Source of the DNA: Lobosporangium transversale
Lineage: Eukaryota
Length of the DNA: 64,000 bases
Direction: 5' to 3'
NCBI RefSeq assembly: GCF_002105155.1
Contig: NW_019028995.1
Span: 124,001 to 188,000 of the forward strand
Both the position numbers and the translations under genes were made by a program. The notes beneath the pieces are model-generated. The model was not told the origin of the DNA, did no database searches, and worked only from the letters and a program-made list of their open reading frames with translations. Of the stretch, positions 37,113 to 51,693 are shown in pieces. Position 1 is the stretch's first letter. Each line of letters begins with the position of its first letter.

Positions 37113-40100
37113 TTAGTCATCAGAGGCTTTGTGCTTCTTCGGCCTCCGTCCACCTGCTTCTTTAAGCGCCTGACGCTTTTGTTCCTTGCCCTGTGTTCGG
37201 AATACCTCTTTGCGTTCGCGTTTAATACGATTTTCATAGTTGGCAGTCTCTTTGGCTTTCTTCTTATCGTAAGCAATCTTTCTCTCCTTCTCCTTCTCGG
37301 CCCTCTTACGATCCTTATCGCGCTTGAGCGTATGAATCTGCTGCATCAATGTGTAAATCTTCTTCTCCTCAGGTTCCAGCATCACTGCACGACGCTGGAG
37401 TAATCCTGGTCGTTTCTGTGGTGCTAACAGCTTTGGTTTAGAAGCGAAAGGAAGGTTGGCACGGATGGCCTTGGGGACCTTGAGAGTGTTGAACCGACGT
37501 GTCATTCTCTCTACAGGTCTATAGACAGAATCATGGAGTTGTGGGACTGACAATGACATGGCATGTCGGACTTGACCTGTGAGCCGCATTCCTTGCCACT
37601 GATTCTTTTTGGCAAGAAGCAACGATGTGACAGGATTACAAAACTTCTTGGGTTTGATAGGGTACCACGCACGCAGGAACACAATGTCTGACATCAAAAT
37701 CTTGTCCTCGAATGTGGCACGGAAGTGGCCATCAGGTTTCTGAAGGGCCTTCTTGACCTGACCACGGATTCCAGAGACTGTGCGGATGTTGGCTCCTTCG
37801 AACTTGGCGACCTCAAGGGCAGAAGTAAACATATCCTTGATGAATGCAGTGTTCTTATGGATTTTGTATGGATGACCTGTCAACTTAAGTTTCTTGACAA
37901 TCTCAACCGAATGATCAATATCAAGGACCACTCCTGTGGCTGAAATCCTGAACGCTGACGTGTTTTCAGAGACACTCTGTACACAACAGAAGCCAGTATT
38001 AGGAGGATGAATAGGACCATAGATTGTAGCGAGACAATGCATGTGCTCCGGAGTGTATTTGAGCATTCTATTACGAGTTCCATCATTGAGCGAGTAAATG
38101 GGCATAGTTTGGATACGACGCCAGCCGAGCGAAAAGATCAAAGGATCATTGGTCTTGAGAATCTTTTTGTGCCAACGATGTTTTTTGATACGGACCTGGA
38201 TGAATCCAAAATTCTCTTCCGCGGGGAGTAAGCCTCCCATGATGATAGGATATTCGGGCTGGAAGTGCTGAATGAATTCACAAGGCATATCCTTGAGAAG
38301 AACACGAACATAAGTGCCAGGGCGGAAGCCTTCAACCATCGCTCGCGTCAAAGGGTCATCATCTTCAAACTCAGCCTCATTGATTTGTTGCTGCTTTGCC
38401 ATGTCACCCTTGATCTCATCGTAAAAATCCTTCTTCTCTTCTTCTTCATCACCATACTCGGCCTCAAATTTCTTTTTGAGCTCCTCCTTCTTGGTCGCAA
38501 TCTCATCACGGGTCATTTCGTCATATGACTTCTCACTCAAGGGCTTTTTACTTGACTCCTCACTTGCTATGCCTTCGACCTTCTCACCACTCTCTAGATC
38601 CTCAAAATCACCAAAAGCCTCATCTTTATCCCCTTCACCGTTTGTCGCAGCTCCTGGGACATCTAAAGAGCCAGTGATGAATCGGTTTCGAATAGACTCT
38701 TTGATCTCCTCATTATCCCACTCCTCCAAGTCGGTAAACTTCAAAGTTACTTTGCATGAGTCGATCATTTGTGCAAGCGCTGTGTCCGATTCTTCCTTCT
38801 TGAGTGTTAAAAAGTTGTCGTCGTCATCGCTCTCATCCTCTGGGCCTGTGCCTGGCCCAGTACCAAAGCCTTCGTCGGATTCTTCATCACCCTCATCACT
38901 TTTTAATTTCAAAGGTGCCTCCTCAATGTCGCCTTGTGCAATCTGCTCCGGAGTAAATTTGCGTTCACCATAGATAAGACGCATCAGATTGGGGCGACGT
39001 TTCGAATGATATATGACTTCAGCCTTGGTCATTAGATCATCCTTCCACCGTAAGGTGCTATCGTCTTCCTCTTCATATTCGTCAGAAAGGTCGCCAAGGT
39101 CACTATCGCTCTCTGCAAATGCAATGTCCTCCTCGCCATCAGAGTCCGAATCGTTTTTCTTACCCATTTTGTGTTTGGCTTCATATTTAGACATATATTT
39201 CCGACGGCTATTGGCTGATCCATAACCTTCTTCTTCTTCTTCTTCTTCTTCTTCTTCTTCTTCTTCTTCATTATCTTCCATTTCTTCATCTTCATCGTCG
39301 TCGTCGTCATCATCGTCATCGTCGTTCTCCTCATCATCATTGTCACCCTCCATTTCAATATCATCATCCTCATCCCCAAATATAGCACGGCGGCGGATAC
39401 GCCCATCGTTATCAGTTTCCTTTTGTTCACGTAGTCCTGTAATATGAAATGAAATTTATATTAGTAATGATACACTTTTGATATAGAGTAACTTTTGATA
39501 TAGAGTAACTTTTGTTTGTTCACTTGTTTGTTCACTCAACTTACTCTGCCTTCCATTGAAGGTCTCTTCATCGCCACTATCACTCTCTTCATATTCAGCC
39601 TCCTCTACATCTGCAGCACGCATTGGTGCAGAGTCAGCAAAGATACGAAGCTCGCTCTCTTCAAGTTGGCTGGCAAGAGTGCCCTGAGCATCCTGTAGAT
39701 TCATGACCATTCGCTCTCCTTGACCCCTTTCATAATCTGACTCTTCATCTTCTTCTCCTTGCTGCTCATCTCCTGAACCATTGCCAGTACCAACAGTGCT
39801 TTTGACAATTTGACTCTTTTTAGTGAACGATCCTGGAACATTAATGTAAACAGCATCCTTATCATACATGATTCCTCCAACGTCTGACATTGGCGCATAG
39901 ATTAGCTTTTGTTTCTCATCCAAGCGCTTTCTGACTTTGTCGGGTAAAGGACATGGGTCCGCTAAAATGCTTACATCGTCCATGTAGTGATCTCCAACTC
40001 CTGGAATGTGAATTCTCATACCAGATTTCATGTTAGTCCCCCTCAAGTATCCATAAAGAGTGACGGTGCGGTCGCAAGTTGGATTCTGGCGAATCATCTC

Positions 40101-40629
40101 TGGGTCAGTCAAGTCTTCAACACGGTCTGCAATCATATAAGGATGTGTGTTTCTCCAGATAAGAGGTCGGAACTTCATGACAGAAATAAATCTGGAAAGA
40201 TTCAAAATTTCTTGGTTAGGGTAACGGCCGTTAATCACTCCTGAAAGATAAAATAATTTGGCGCCTTGATAAATCTCTGTCCAAAAACGATGCTTTAGCT
40301 TCTTTTTGGTTGTCTTGAGTGTCTTGTTATTCTTGAAGCGATCCAAATGTGTAAGGACACCCATAATCTTGGGAAATCCATGAGTTTGCAAAATGTTGAG
40401 GAACTCGAATGTTTCCATCTCGAGACCAAAGGATGCATCAATCAACAAAAGAATCAAGTCCGCGACCTTGGCAACATCAATCATGCTGTTGAGATCGTTA
40501 TTGCATTCAATGAAAGTGAGACGACGCTTTTTGCCACTAATAACGGTGATGGGTCCTTTGATTTCAGTAAGTGAGTGCTTCGTGTATCTCTTAACAAGTG
40601 ATTTAATCAAGGTGGTCTTTCCAGTCTGT

Positions 40630-40662
<33 letters not shown>

Positions 40663-41081
40663 GTTAGTCAAAAGATGAATAATTCTGCTATTACATTATC
40701 CAAAAGCCAACCAATTATTCCGCTTACCCCAGGAGGTCCAACAACCGCAACCACAACAGGAGGCGCCTCCATGGGTGTACGATCCACAAGGGGCACATGA
40801 AGCCTTGTCTGATCCCTGTCTAAATTGCGGCGAGCAGCCTTTTCTGCTTTCCTTCCTGACAAAAAACCAAAGGCCTAATTATCATATGCATAACAATATG
40901 GTTTGGACAATGAGCCATGGTTAACCTGAGCCAGGACTATAGGTTGAATTTTCATTTTTACCATAATACATTACTGCCTTATTATTGCTACCTTTGGGTT
41001 GTTCTTTTCGGCATTCTTCTTGTGCTTGTTCACCTTGGCGCCCGAGGATTTGGCGCGATGTGCCTTTTGAGGTGTATCCAT
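37113..41081 (-). CDS. BMS1: Ribosome biogenesis GTPase Bms1, 4 exons
   Basis: [41 protein letters not shown]2CN region, acidic linker, [48 protein letters not shown]. Confidence 0.97.
39227..39340. repeat. (TCT)n/(TCA/TCG)n coding trinucleotide repeats encoding poly-Glu and poly-Asp in BMS1
   Basis: Visible directly in the sequence. Confidence 0.85.
39476..39514. repeat. 17-bp tandem duplication (TTTTGATATAGAGTAAC) in a BMS1 intron
   Basis: Visible directly in the sequence. Confidence 0.85.
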
Positions 41082-41496
41082 TTTGGAAACGAATGAAACA
41101 ACAGGATGAGGCAGGCGAACAATAAAAAAAAGAATTGAATGCGATGCCAATTGCCCACCCTTGGTTTGACTGCTTGCAACTCGTTAAAAAAAAAAAAAAA
41201 AAAAAAAAAAAGTGGCTTGACTGTTTATTAGGCTGTCTGAACAACAGAAGAGTATGAGACTGACTTTTTTTACAGACTGAAACAGGAACAACACTTGAGC
41301 GGAGTTCTGATTTCGCTGAACAATTGACATGTCTTAAGGACAACAGATATCGAATATGCCTCTACCTCTACCTCTTCCCTCATTTCTTTTTTTTCTTTCA
41401 CTGCCGCCGGAAGCTTCTCTCATTCGGAGGAACTCTCTTTTCCCTTCCTCTTTCTCTTTTTCTATTCTCGGTTCTGACTGACATTCTTCAAGAGAG

Positions 41497-43759
41497 ATGC
41501 AATGTGTCTTTCGTTGCCGCCTGCAACAGCCTTCTTCAGCAATAACTACCACAACTAACGCTATATTCATACAAGCACTGAAGCAACAACATCGCCAACA
41601 ACCTCAGCAGAAGTGCCATCTTTCATACTTATCCACTATCAGCAATGGACGGACGGGCACTGTACCAAGGATACAACCCGAGATCATCCTCATAAAAGAA
41701 CGAGCAACCACAGGCAGAGAGCCGTGGATGATCTTTTCGAGAAGCATGTTGTTAGACAATCACTCTGTTACAATGACAAATGCAAAGTCCTTACAAAAGT
41801 CGTCGAAGTCGTCATGGCCTCCTTTATTTCCTTTAACATGTTTATCACCTGGCAGGACTAGCCAAGGCAATAGACATATTAATGGCCGTAATAGAAGCAA
41901 CAGTCCTACAATGAAAACGAGCAATGATTGCCGTGCATCTGATCCGCTCAGTTGGTGGCTATCCTCCTTTTGGACTGCTATGGTTCAAAATGGAAATCCC
42001 TCCAGGCAGTCTTTCTATTCTCGGAATACTGGCTTGAACAACAAATCCACAGTCCTCTTCGGATATACATTCCGTCTACATCAGCAACCACAGTTTTCTC
42101 GTTGCTTAAAGACAGCGACAACACAACTTTCTAGATACCACACTTACTCTCCTTCTCTTTACTCTTCATCTTCATCCGGTGGCAGCATCAGTGGCGGCAG
42201 TAACAGTAGCAACGTTATCACAACCGTCGACTCTTTACAAACATGGCGCCGTCCGTTCCGCTCATTACCTTCAGCAGCCACATCCGAGTCACGATCCTTG
42301 GCTACTATGCCTACCAAACCTACGCAAGCGATGAAGGGAACCGTCTCTGGTACTGCTGCCGATCCTGTTGCACGTCTTCAACGATCTTTGGCCGCTGTCC
42401 CTCACCATACTATCAAGAATGAGATCAAGCTGCGGTGCACTGAGTTTGACCACAAAGGTAACGTCAAGACCACTGCCGGCGAGTTCCTGAAAAGTGATCT
42501 CTGTCAAAAGGTAAACCATTCAAATATGCCGCAATGAAAAACGTTTGATCATCCACTGCAACTTCGGGTATGTTGCACAATGATTTAATGCATGGATCGC
42601 AGAAAAGATAATATCTCTGTCTGACAAAATTATTTATGGCCAATTCACAGCATGGACTGCACGCCCGAGACCTGCGCAAGATTGACAGCAGTTTCAATAA
42701 TCAAATCCCTGTCATCCTTGTCCGTCCCGAAGCTATTCTAGTGAATGTGGGTCACATTCGAGCACTTATCAAGGCTGACCTTGTAGTTCTGTTTGACTCT
42801 TTTGGATCTACGGACAGCTACAACCAATCCATCTTTATCTACGATCTCGAGGAGAAATTGAGAATGAGCACAAGTGCTGCAGGTGGCCTTCCTTTTGAAT
42901 TCAGGTATGTAACCAGCTTCCTGCAAAGGCTGATAGCTACTAACGTGAATAAGAAGAGAGTCATTGATTAACCGTCGCATTGCCTTCACATTATCATCTA
43001 CTATAATTATTTTTCTTAAAAAAAACCTTTTTAGAGCACTGGAAGCCATCTTTATTTCAGTATTGTCTTCACTACAGTCAGAGATGGAGGTCCTTGTTCA
43101 TTTTGTAACCAATCTCTTAGCTCAATTAGAAGAAAGCATCGACCAGAATAAGCTGAAAGAACTTCTGCAATATTCAAAGAAACTGTCTCAGTTTGAATCC
43201 AAGACACTGTTAATACGGGATGTCTTCGTTGAGGTCCTGGATCAAGGTAAGCGAATTACTGCATGACCAAACGGTCATTGTCGGGATCTCTTATTGTTCG
43301 CTGACTGCATTTGTTTTGTCTATGGTGCTGTTCTGATATATAGATGAGGACCTGGCCAATATGTACCTGACTGAAAAGAAGCTTGGCCATCCAAGGACGG
43401 TGGATTCTCATGAGGAGATTGAGATTCTGCTTGAGTCATATTTGAAGCAGGTTGAGGAAATTGCTAACACGGTGGCGATTGTGAAGCAACAGATGCAGTC
43501 GACAGAGGAGATTGTGAATGTGATCTTGGGCGCGACCAGGAACCAACTGCTACTGTTTGAGCTCAGGATCGCAATGGGCACGCTGGGCATGTCTAGTGGT
43601 GCAATCATTGCCAGTTTGTATGGAATGAACCTACATAATTACTTAGAAACGAATCCTCATGCATTCGCTATCGTAGGCACAACTGCACTGGGCATCAGTA
43701 TGATGGTCTTTACGTTTTGCTCACGTAAGCTGAAGCAACTGGCCAAAGGAACGACCTGA
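41497..43759 (+). CDS. MRS2: Mitochondrial CorA-family Mg2+ transporter (Mrs2/Lpe10), 4 exons
   Basis: LRCTEFD, HGLHARDLRKID, ILVRPEAILVN, LPFEFRALEA, DEDLANMYLT, EIEILLESY, RNQLL, and the YGMN signature followed by a TM helix. Confidence 0.92.
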
Positions 43760-45859
43760 TAAACAGAAAGAGCTTGCCACGAAACAACTAGAAAGCAGAC
43801 CTATTTAGAAGATATCTCTATCACCATTATTGTCATCGTTACCGGTCATCATGTACTCGCTTAGATCATTTCATAAAGGTCAAATACCTGTATTTCCATC
43901 ATCACTGAGGCTCTGTCATGGTGGATAATAGCCCTCTCTTCATATGAAAACGGGTTCATAATTAAGCAACGAGAATACGAAAAAAAGTCTGTGCATGTGC
44001 TTTGTCCATGTTCAAGTGCCTGCACATGACCATGAATATATTTATCCACAGGCAAACACGATGAATACCGCGCCGATAGCGAGCACTCTCCCTTTTTTTT
44101 TTTTTTTTTTTTTTTTCTTGAACCTGTTGGTTTGTTTATGGTTGGCCCCAGAACGATTGATCATGTCTTTACAATTGAAGGCGTTGTTCCGAATGAATCG
44201 GGACCACATTTTGTCGGGTGCGAATGTGCCTATCCTCTACAAAATTACGATATTTATTCCTAATCATTCCACAATGCACTCCTTTTACTCTTTGTACATC
44301 ATTTCATAAGCCCTCAACACAGAGCAGCCCGACTACCAGAATGGCTGCCTTTTATGTGTACTCAGCAATGTTGTCCAAGAAGTCATACAACTATCATTGA
44401 TTGGCACTCTTTCTATCTCATGAATTCCTGCTACAAAATCCATGAAGAGGGAGACACCTATAGCCTTACCCAGGGCATTATAAGGATGTCCTGAGAAGCT
44501 CAATTTTTTTTATTGCACCTATTGAAGGAATCTTGAAATGGAGCAGTGATTACCAACGGTTAGATCATTGATGTGTTAATTGAATCGTCCTTGTGCTGTA
44601 TGCTTTGTTAATTGAGCGGATATCGGATATCAGTAAGGGCAACTTATTGTTTATTCTTGTTGCTGTAGTTGGTTCAGTTGGTCATCATACTTTCTAGGAC
44701 ATACACGCATCATTAGTCTGGCTTCGCATTAGCTGTGTTTCGCAGGCGATGCTCTTTTTCTTTTTCCCGCGTAAAACAGAAAGGAAAGCAAGAGACCTTA
44801 CTCATTAAATCACACATGGTGTGTTCAGTGGACAGTCAGGGTGAAGACAGGCAGATGACACTTTTCGGGGTTTACATCCTTGTGGATAGAATAGACATGT
44901 TACTGTCAGTCGTATCATTTGTGCCTTTATATCCGTCCTTCCCCTCTTTCTCTCACCCCCTCTTTGTTCCCCTCTTCCTGTTCTTCCTCTCTTCCCCTTC
45001 CTTCTCTCCTCTTCCTCCTCTTCCTCTTCCTTCCCTTCCTTCCCCTTCCTTCATTCTTTCCCTATATTCATTTATTTCAACTGTCAACGTAATCACACTA
45101 TTGCCCTCATCTATTTCTGACGGATCCTACCCTGGTAATATACGCTAAAAGAGAGCATCATCTGATCTTTCCTTCCATGACATGACTTCCCCGTCCGTGC
45201 GCCTTTTTAATGAAATTGTGCAACCATTTCATCACCTTGCTTCTCTATTTCTCAATTTGGAGCTAATTTTCCTTTTGGTATTATGAAAACGTTTGTCAGA
45301 ATCAGTGAATCTGCACTGTTGTATACCAAACTGGCAATGCCTTTTTTTTGTGTGTTTTGTTTGATCGTTCCTTTCAGTGTGAACCAGACACACGGGGCGA
45401 AACACATAATGCCATTCTTCTCACATCACTCTCCCCTCTCTTTTCTCGCTGATATTGATCATTCTCTTTTCCTTCCCCTTTGCTATTTTACTTTTATTTT
45501 TACGCTCCTCTTTTTCATGTTTGAGTTCCTTTGCCTATTCTTTGTCAATAGAAAGAACTCCACACGTTTTTTTTTATTTTTTTATGACTAACAATCTCTC
45601 CTCCTCTGGCGTATAGACACAAACCACAGCTATTACGGCAATAATCGATGGTGTATTCATACTCGAGTTGATCGTATCTTTTCTTTTTTCTTTTTTTTCA
45701 GGCCATCTGCCACATCGCTATCGATTCATTGTTTACGACACATTTTTATTCTTTTTAAATCGTACCCTTGACAATACTCAAATTGCGTTTCTTCAGTCTC
45801 TGTCTCTATTGCACTATTCCAAAACAATAATAACAATAATAATAAACCCATCTGAAACA

Positions 45860-48800
45860 ATGGCGACCGCCAACGCTTCCATCCGGACTGCTGTTGATCC
45901 TGAAGACAACAGCAGCAACAGTTCTAGTAGTAGTAACGGCAGCATACACAGTTACAGAACACACACCAAGGCACCCACATTAGCTGAGTGTCATCATCGT
46001 TGCGACCGCTATTGCCACTCGTCACCAGCACCTACTACGACCAGCAAGAGCCATCGTCGTCATTTTTCTATCCAAACAAGCTCTGCTTCAGCCATTACAT
46101 CGCCCTTATCATCGCAATCGTCGCTGTCTTCCCCAAGTGATCGTGGGCATTCGTCCAAATGCTGTTACCATGGCTGTCATGCTCACCACTACCACAACAG
46201 GCATAACCACAACCACAGCTACGTCCATAACTGCACACAATCTGCCACAACGCCAATGACTAGTCCATCACCTTCGTTCTTCAAACGGATTTTCAAGGCT
46301 TTTGTGGGCAGCAATAACAACAACACCCTTCAGCATCATCAAACCTATAACCCACGCCTCAACAAAGTTCATCCTTTGGAGCGACCCATCTGTTGTACTG
46401 CATCTGCACCATCCTCTCCCATGCATCCAATTGGCGATAAGAGTCAACTAGAATCTGAGACCCAGACAGATGAAAGTGAGTCGTGTGAGGAATACGAACG
46501 CAACGCCAACAGTACCAGTACTAGCAACAGGAGGAGACCAATGATGACAGCTACATTTGATTCGTCCCGCCCACAAGAGCAGCAATCAAATCATTCTAAA
46601 TACTCCTCGCTTCGGCAGCAAAAGAAGCGTAGCAATAACACCGTCTCTGCTTCATCCACCGTGAGCATTTGCAGTCGCGATAGTCATAGTACCAAAGGTA
46701 TCCGTCGAGGCTATGCCTCCGATCACAACAGCAGTAGCAGAAACAGTAGTAGTGTATCTACTGAGAGAACAGGAAGCAGGCGATCCTCTGTGACCAGCAG
46801 TATTGGAGGAGAAAGCATCCACTATGACCTTGGGAGGAACAGCAAGCATCCCGGTTTCACTACAAACCATCAGCAATATCGACAGCACTTTACGGGCCAT
46901 GGGTATATGTCGTCTCCGACCGTTAATCATCAACATGACATCATGAAACGTTTTTTCAAGTCTATGGCAGTTGTCGGTGTCAGCGCCAGTGGCTCCTATT
47001 CTCGTCGTGGGTCTGCATTTTCAACTAAATCACAAGAAACTGCGGTTAATTTAACAGATATCAACCTCCATCTGTCTGAAAAGCCAAATGAAGGGAATGA
47101 TGAAGAAGAGTACGAAGGTGATGGCGGAAAGATGGATCTGGATGCGGTTCTTGGTGATGAAAATAATAATGAACACGAGTATGACCATGATTATTCCGAT
47201 AAAGAACAAGACCAAGAAAGCCAAAATAACTATTATGCGACCCACGACGCCATGTTAACTACAGAGATGGAATTGGAGCTTCATCGCCATCGTGAGGAAA
47301 AGAGCATGAAACGTCAGACAGTCCGACGTCTACAACATCTGCATCAACTCCGTTGTCAAGGTTTACTTTCAGACGGGGACAATAGTCTGTTGCTTAAAAA
47401 TAATAGTGACAGTATGGTTGATCATGTGTCGTCGCCTTTGATCGAACAGCAACAAGAGCATCTTCATCGCCTTTCACCGATTCAACTACCAGAGATTTTG
47501 CATCTTATTTTCCAGTTTGTGGTGGATTTTACTCCACAAGAGGAATATTCACAGCGCGAGATCTATAACTGTATGCTGGTCTCAAAACAATGGTACTTGG
47601 TTGCACAGAAGACATTGTGGCACGAGATTCGATTCAAAACCCCTACCAAATTGGGATGTTTTATCGATCTATTGAAGCGGACAGAGGGAAAAGGAGGAGT
47701 AAGTCCAGAGAAGACCAATTACTCGGTACAACAACAACAAATCCAGCTAACAGAGATTGATGATAAGGATCGTATACGGCAGCAGCAGGGCACCCATAGA
47801 CGGCAGAGACACGAAAGCATCCAATATAGACAGAAGCATCAGCTAACAGAATCAATCATGGCTCCTGAAGCGATGCAAAGGCGCCTTCACGAGCGAGCTA
47901 TGGCAGTTAAGAAGATTGTGTTGCACAAGCTGAAGTTGATTGAAGATCAGGATATCATGCCTCTGACTAGCTGGTTCCATAATCTTCAGATTCTGGAATT
48001 TTACATATGTGAGAAACTGACGGATGTGACTGTGGCGGCCATAGCTGAAAACTGTCCAAGACTTCAGCAATTGCTGATGCCCGGATGTGCTAAAGTGACG
48101 GATCAAGGGATAAGTCAGATTGCGTTACATTGCCCTCGAATGAAACACTTGGATTTGCGTGCATGTTCAAATGTGTCGGATGAATCGCTAGTTCTGGTAG
48201 CGAGACATTGTTCTGAGCTCTGGCACTTGAACGTAGGACGAGTGAGTGCGGCTTCAAAAGTGACAGGAAAAAGCATCGTGGAGATTGCGAAGAACACAAA
48301 CTTGAACACCTTAGGATTGGCAGGGTGTGCTATGACAGACGATGCAGTTATTGACATTGCACGTTACTCACGCTCTGGCCTTCACCGGTATAACTCTTAT
48401 TTACTTTAGCAATAATGTTGTTATATGAATTGAGTTAAGATGAATATTTATCTAATCGATATTTTTCTATATTCATTTAGCATCTCGCTCAATAGTTGTC
48501 CCATGCTGACAAGTGCATCAGTCCGTGCGTTGATGCAGCTTTGTCCAAACTTGGCAGTCCTCGAGATCAAACAGTGCCTGCTGGTAACAGATATGGCAAC
48601 ACTCTACCGCTTTTCTACCCGTCGTGTACTTGTGGAGCTGTGCCCTGAACTCCAGAAGCGATTTCTGGAGTACAAAGTTGGGGTTGTAACGATGAATACC
48701 TCTGCCCAATTCAACAACATTCATCCGTCAGTTTCATCAACACAACAAGCTCAAGGGCCAAACGGTCAAGACAGCATGAGCAGCGCGCAAACGACTGCTA

Positions 48801-48934
48801 CCATGACAACGGTGGCTGATAACAATGGCAGCAACATCAATAGTAACAATAACAATAATAGCAGCATTATGATTGCTAATGATAATGTCTCCATGATACA
48901 GCCGACAACTACAACTGTCGCATCTCATCCATGA
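45860..48934 (+). CDS. F-box/LRR protein (Amn1/FBXL-like) with a long disordered N-terminus, 2 exons
   Basis: F-box LPEILHLIFQFV...CMLVSKQWY. Cys-containing LRRs include CEKLTD, CAKVTDQGI and CSNVSDESL. Intron at about 48389-48480. Confidence 0.88.
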
Positions 48935-49225
48935 AGTGAGCTCATGTCTGGATTTCATGCCTTAGTTGTATGATTTGCCTTAATAAAGACAGTAAAATAA
49001 AGATAAGACTGATCTGAGCGTAACTGTGCCAAGCGAAGAGAATTGGCATTTGACATTTGTATGCATTCTCACGTGTCGGCCATTATCCTGATTCGGCCGG
49101 AGAAGTTGGTCCACCAGTGAACCTCCGACCAATTTCACTTTTTTTCCTTCTTTCTTCCCCACACATCACTGACACCAACTTATTCATTACAGATTCATTT
49201 AATAAAAAAAATAATACATTGAACA

Positions 49226-50747
49226 ATGGTAGCTGCATCTAAACAAGAGGTCGACTCGGCTGAACAGGTTCACACTCCAGTTCTTCGAAAAGAATCACCC
49301 TCGATCCTTGCGCTCGGGAAATTGTTTCCGAAAAGCGAGACTCTTGACCACACAGTCCGTTTCTTGAATCAAGTTCGAGGCACCGATAAGACCCTCATGG
49401 TACAGTGCATATTTACATACATTATTTCATCAATACAAATATACATCCCAGACGATCATCTATTGGCAAAGGAAAAAAAGAGAGAGAGAGAGAGGAAGAA
49501 AGTGGATAGAGTTTGCGTCATTTGCACAGACCATGAAAGCAGGTTGCCTAAGCACATTTGAACAGGAACTTGAGTGACTATAAGCACAGTCAGGATAGCA
49601 TACTTGGAGAGGAAGATATTCAAATTTCGACGCATATCGATACTCAGTAGCTGCTGGGAAAAAAAAAAAAAAAAAGTGATTGATAAATCATCATACCACA
49701 GTTGTATCTGTTGTTAACTGCACATGATGACTGGTCATACTAAACTGATCCCAATGTTGGAAGAGTGGCTGTGATCTTTCCTTGATAAATATAAATTTGC
49801 GGGCAAATTAATCACTTTCAGCTCTTTTGCATTTTTTGTTCTCGTTATTATATGACCTTAACAAAAAAAAGGCAACCGTGTTTCCCCGACCCATCCAGCA
49901 TATGTTGCTCGTTTTCCCTTCACTTTCTCAGTCTCTTACTCAGGAGCAACGATGAAAAGGCTTTAGAATTGTAGCACTCAACATCAATAAGCTTTTGTCT
50001 TTAGGTTGTACAATACTTTTCCAAAATCTTTGTTTGGTACTTTTTGAAACGTGGTCGTGAATCAACAGCTCAGCGTATCAAGAACCTGTCTGGACCCATT
50101 TCGGACTTCCGTGTCCTTCTCCGTTACTATGGTTCGTCTTTTTTTTTTTTTTTTCTTCCCTCATATAAGCTAAATAAGCTGACATTTCTTTTTTTTTTAT
50201 TGTTTCAGGTCTCTTGCCATTGATTCAGTGGATGCAATATGTCGACAGCACACCTTCCTCTAGCCCTTTGCTCTTGCTTATTGACCGCCTTCAAAACATT
50301 TGCAACTTAATTTATTATCCTCTCGAACACATTTATTGGCTGGGAGCACATGAAGTGATCCCGATTTCGATGGAAAAGACCAACAAGATCGCAATCTGGT
50401 CCTGCCGCTTCTGGGCAGCCTATGTTGTGTTACAATTTGCACACTTGGCGGAGGAGTACCGTCTGTATAAGGTTCGCCTACAGTCAACTCGTGCAAACAT
50501 CAAGGCTGCTGATGCCAAGGCCAGGGAGACAGGCGAGCCTGTGGACAAGACAGAGTATAAGAGGGAATTAGCGGCATTAAAGGCAGAGAAGAAGGGTATT
50601 TTGATTAATACTGTGATCAACACTGGATATTTGCCCTTAACAGTCCATTGGAGTTTGGAGAAGAGCAGCTTCCCTGATGTTGGTGTCGGTATCTTTGGAG
50701 GGATTGCAGCGTTGGCTCAATTCTATGTTGCCTGGAAGTCGTCCTAA
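49226..50747 (+). CDS. PEX11: Peroxin-11 family protein, 3 exons
   Basis: RFLNQVRGTDKTLM|VVQYFSK, ISDFRVLLRYYG|LLP, YYPLEHIYWL, WSCRFWAAYV, YLPLTVHWS, and a C-terminal TM. Confidence 0.88.
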
Positions 50748-51693
50748 GATATTTTGCAAATGATAGCAAGTGGTGGATGATGGGGACTAAAACAAGTTGC
50801 AGCATGTAAAAATATATATAAAGAATAATGAACCGCAACCCCGTGGCTCCGCCACGGTCGGCTCTTGCCCTGTTAGAAATTTCAGTATTTTGCTTGGTTG
50901 ATAGAAAACAGTAAAGATGTGTAGGAACTGGTTTTGAAACAGAAGGTGATTAAATCCTTGTCAAGCAATAACAACGAAAAAGACCCTTTTTTTTTGTTAA
51001 TCAGAGAATGGATTCAGATGTTGCTCTTTGCCGCAACAGCTCTAGTTCATTTGCGTTAAAGCAGAGACATTCGTTGGCACACTGATCCTGGCATCAATGG
51101 GGGGATAGGGGGACGCTATTGGTTGTGTTTATTGCTTGGAGTGAAAGCCATTTAATCATCCTCTCCTTGCTGATGATCTTGTACAGCGCCTCGTGGATGG
51201 ATGAGAGAGCAGAAGAGAGAGAAGGGGGTTTAGTTCGCTTGGTGTGTGCGTGTGTATATTTGTGTGAGTTTGATAGTGGGCACCAGTCTACAAAAGCATG
51301 CAAATGGAATACAACATGGTACACTAAACCACAATAAATGTGTGATGTCGTAATAATAGAAGTACCAACGCGTTTGAGAATTGGTATCTAGAGTGATCAC
51401 AAAAGAAACGCGATGCAAAGCATACCAGTGCTGTGATATGTCTTATGTTTCTATAGAACATCTCAAAATGGTTCAAAGCAATAAAAGATCGATATGAGTT
51501 CTTTCATGCAGTTTCGTCACGTGGTAAAGTGAACAAGGATATTAGGACATTTGTTGAATTAAGCAATTAAAACAAAATCAAAAGAAAACTCAGTGACTGC
51601 TCGGCTTCGATGGGCCGAATGTTCGTTTTATTCTTATTTTCCTAATGGCATCTCTTTGCATGAACAAACATTCTACTTCAATTCCACTTCACC

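Noticed and set aside
50841..50857. GC-rich hairpin CCGTGGC-TCC-GCCACGG after PEX11 (Helitron 3' end or terminator?)
   Set aside because: No CTRR terminus at the expected spacing and no other Helitron evidence. Bacterial-type terminators do not apply here.
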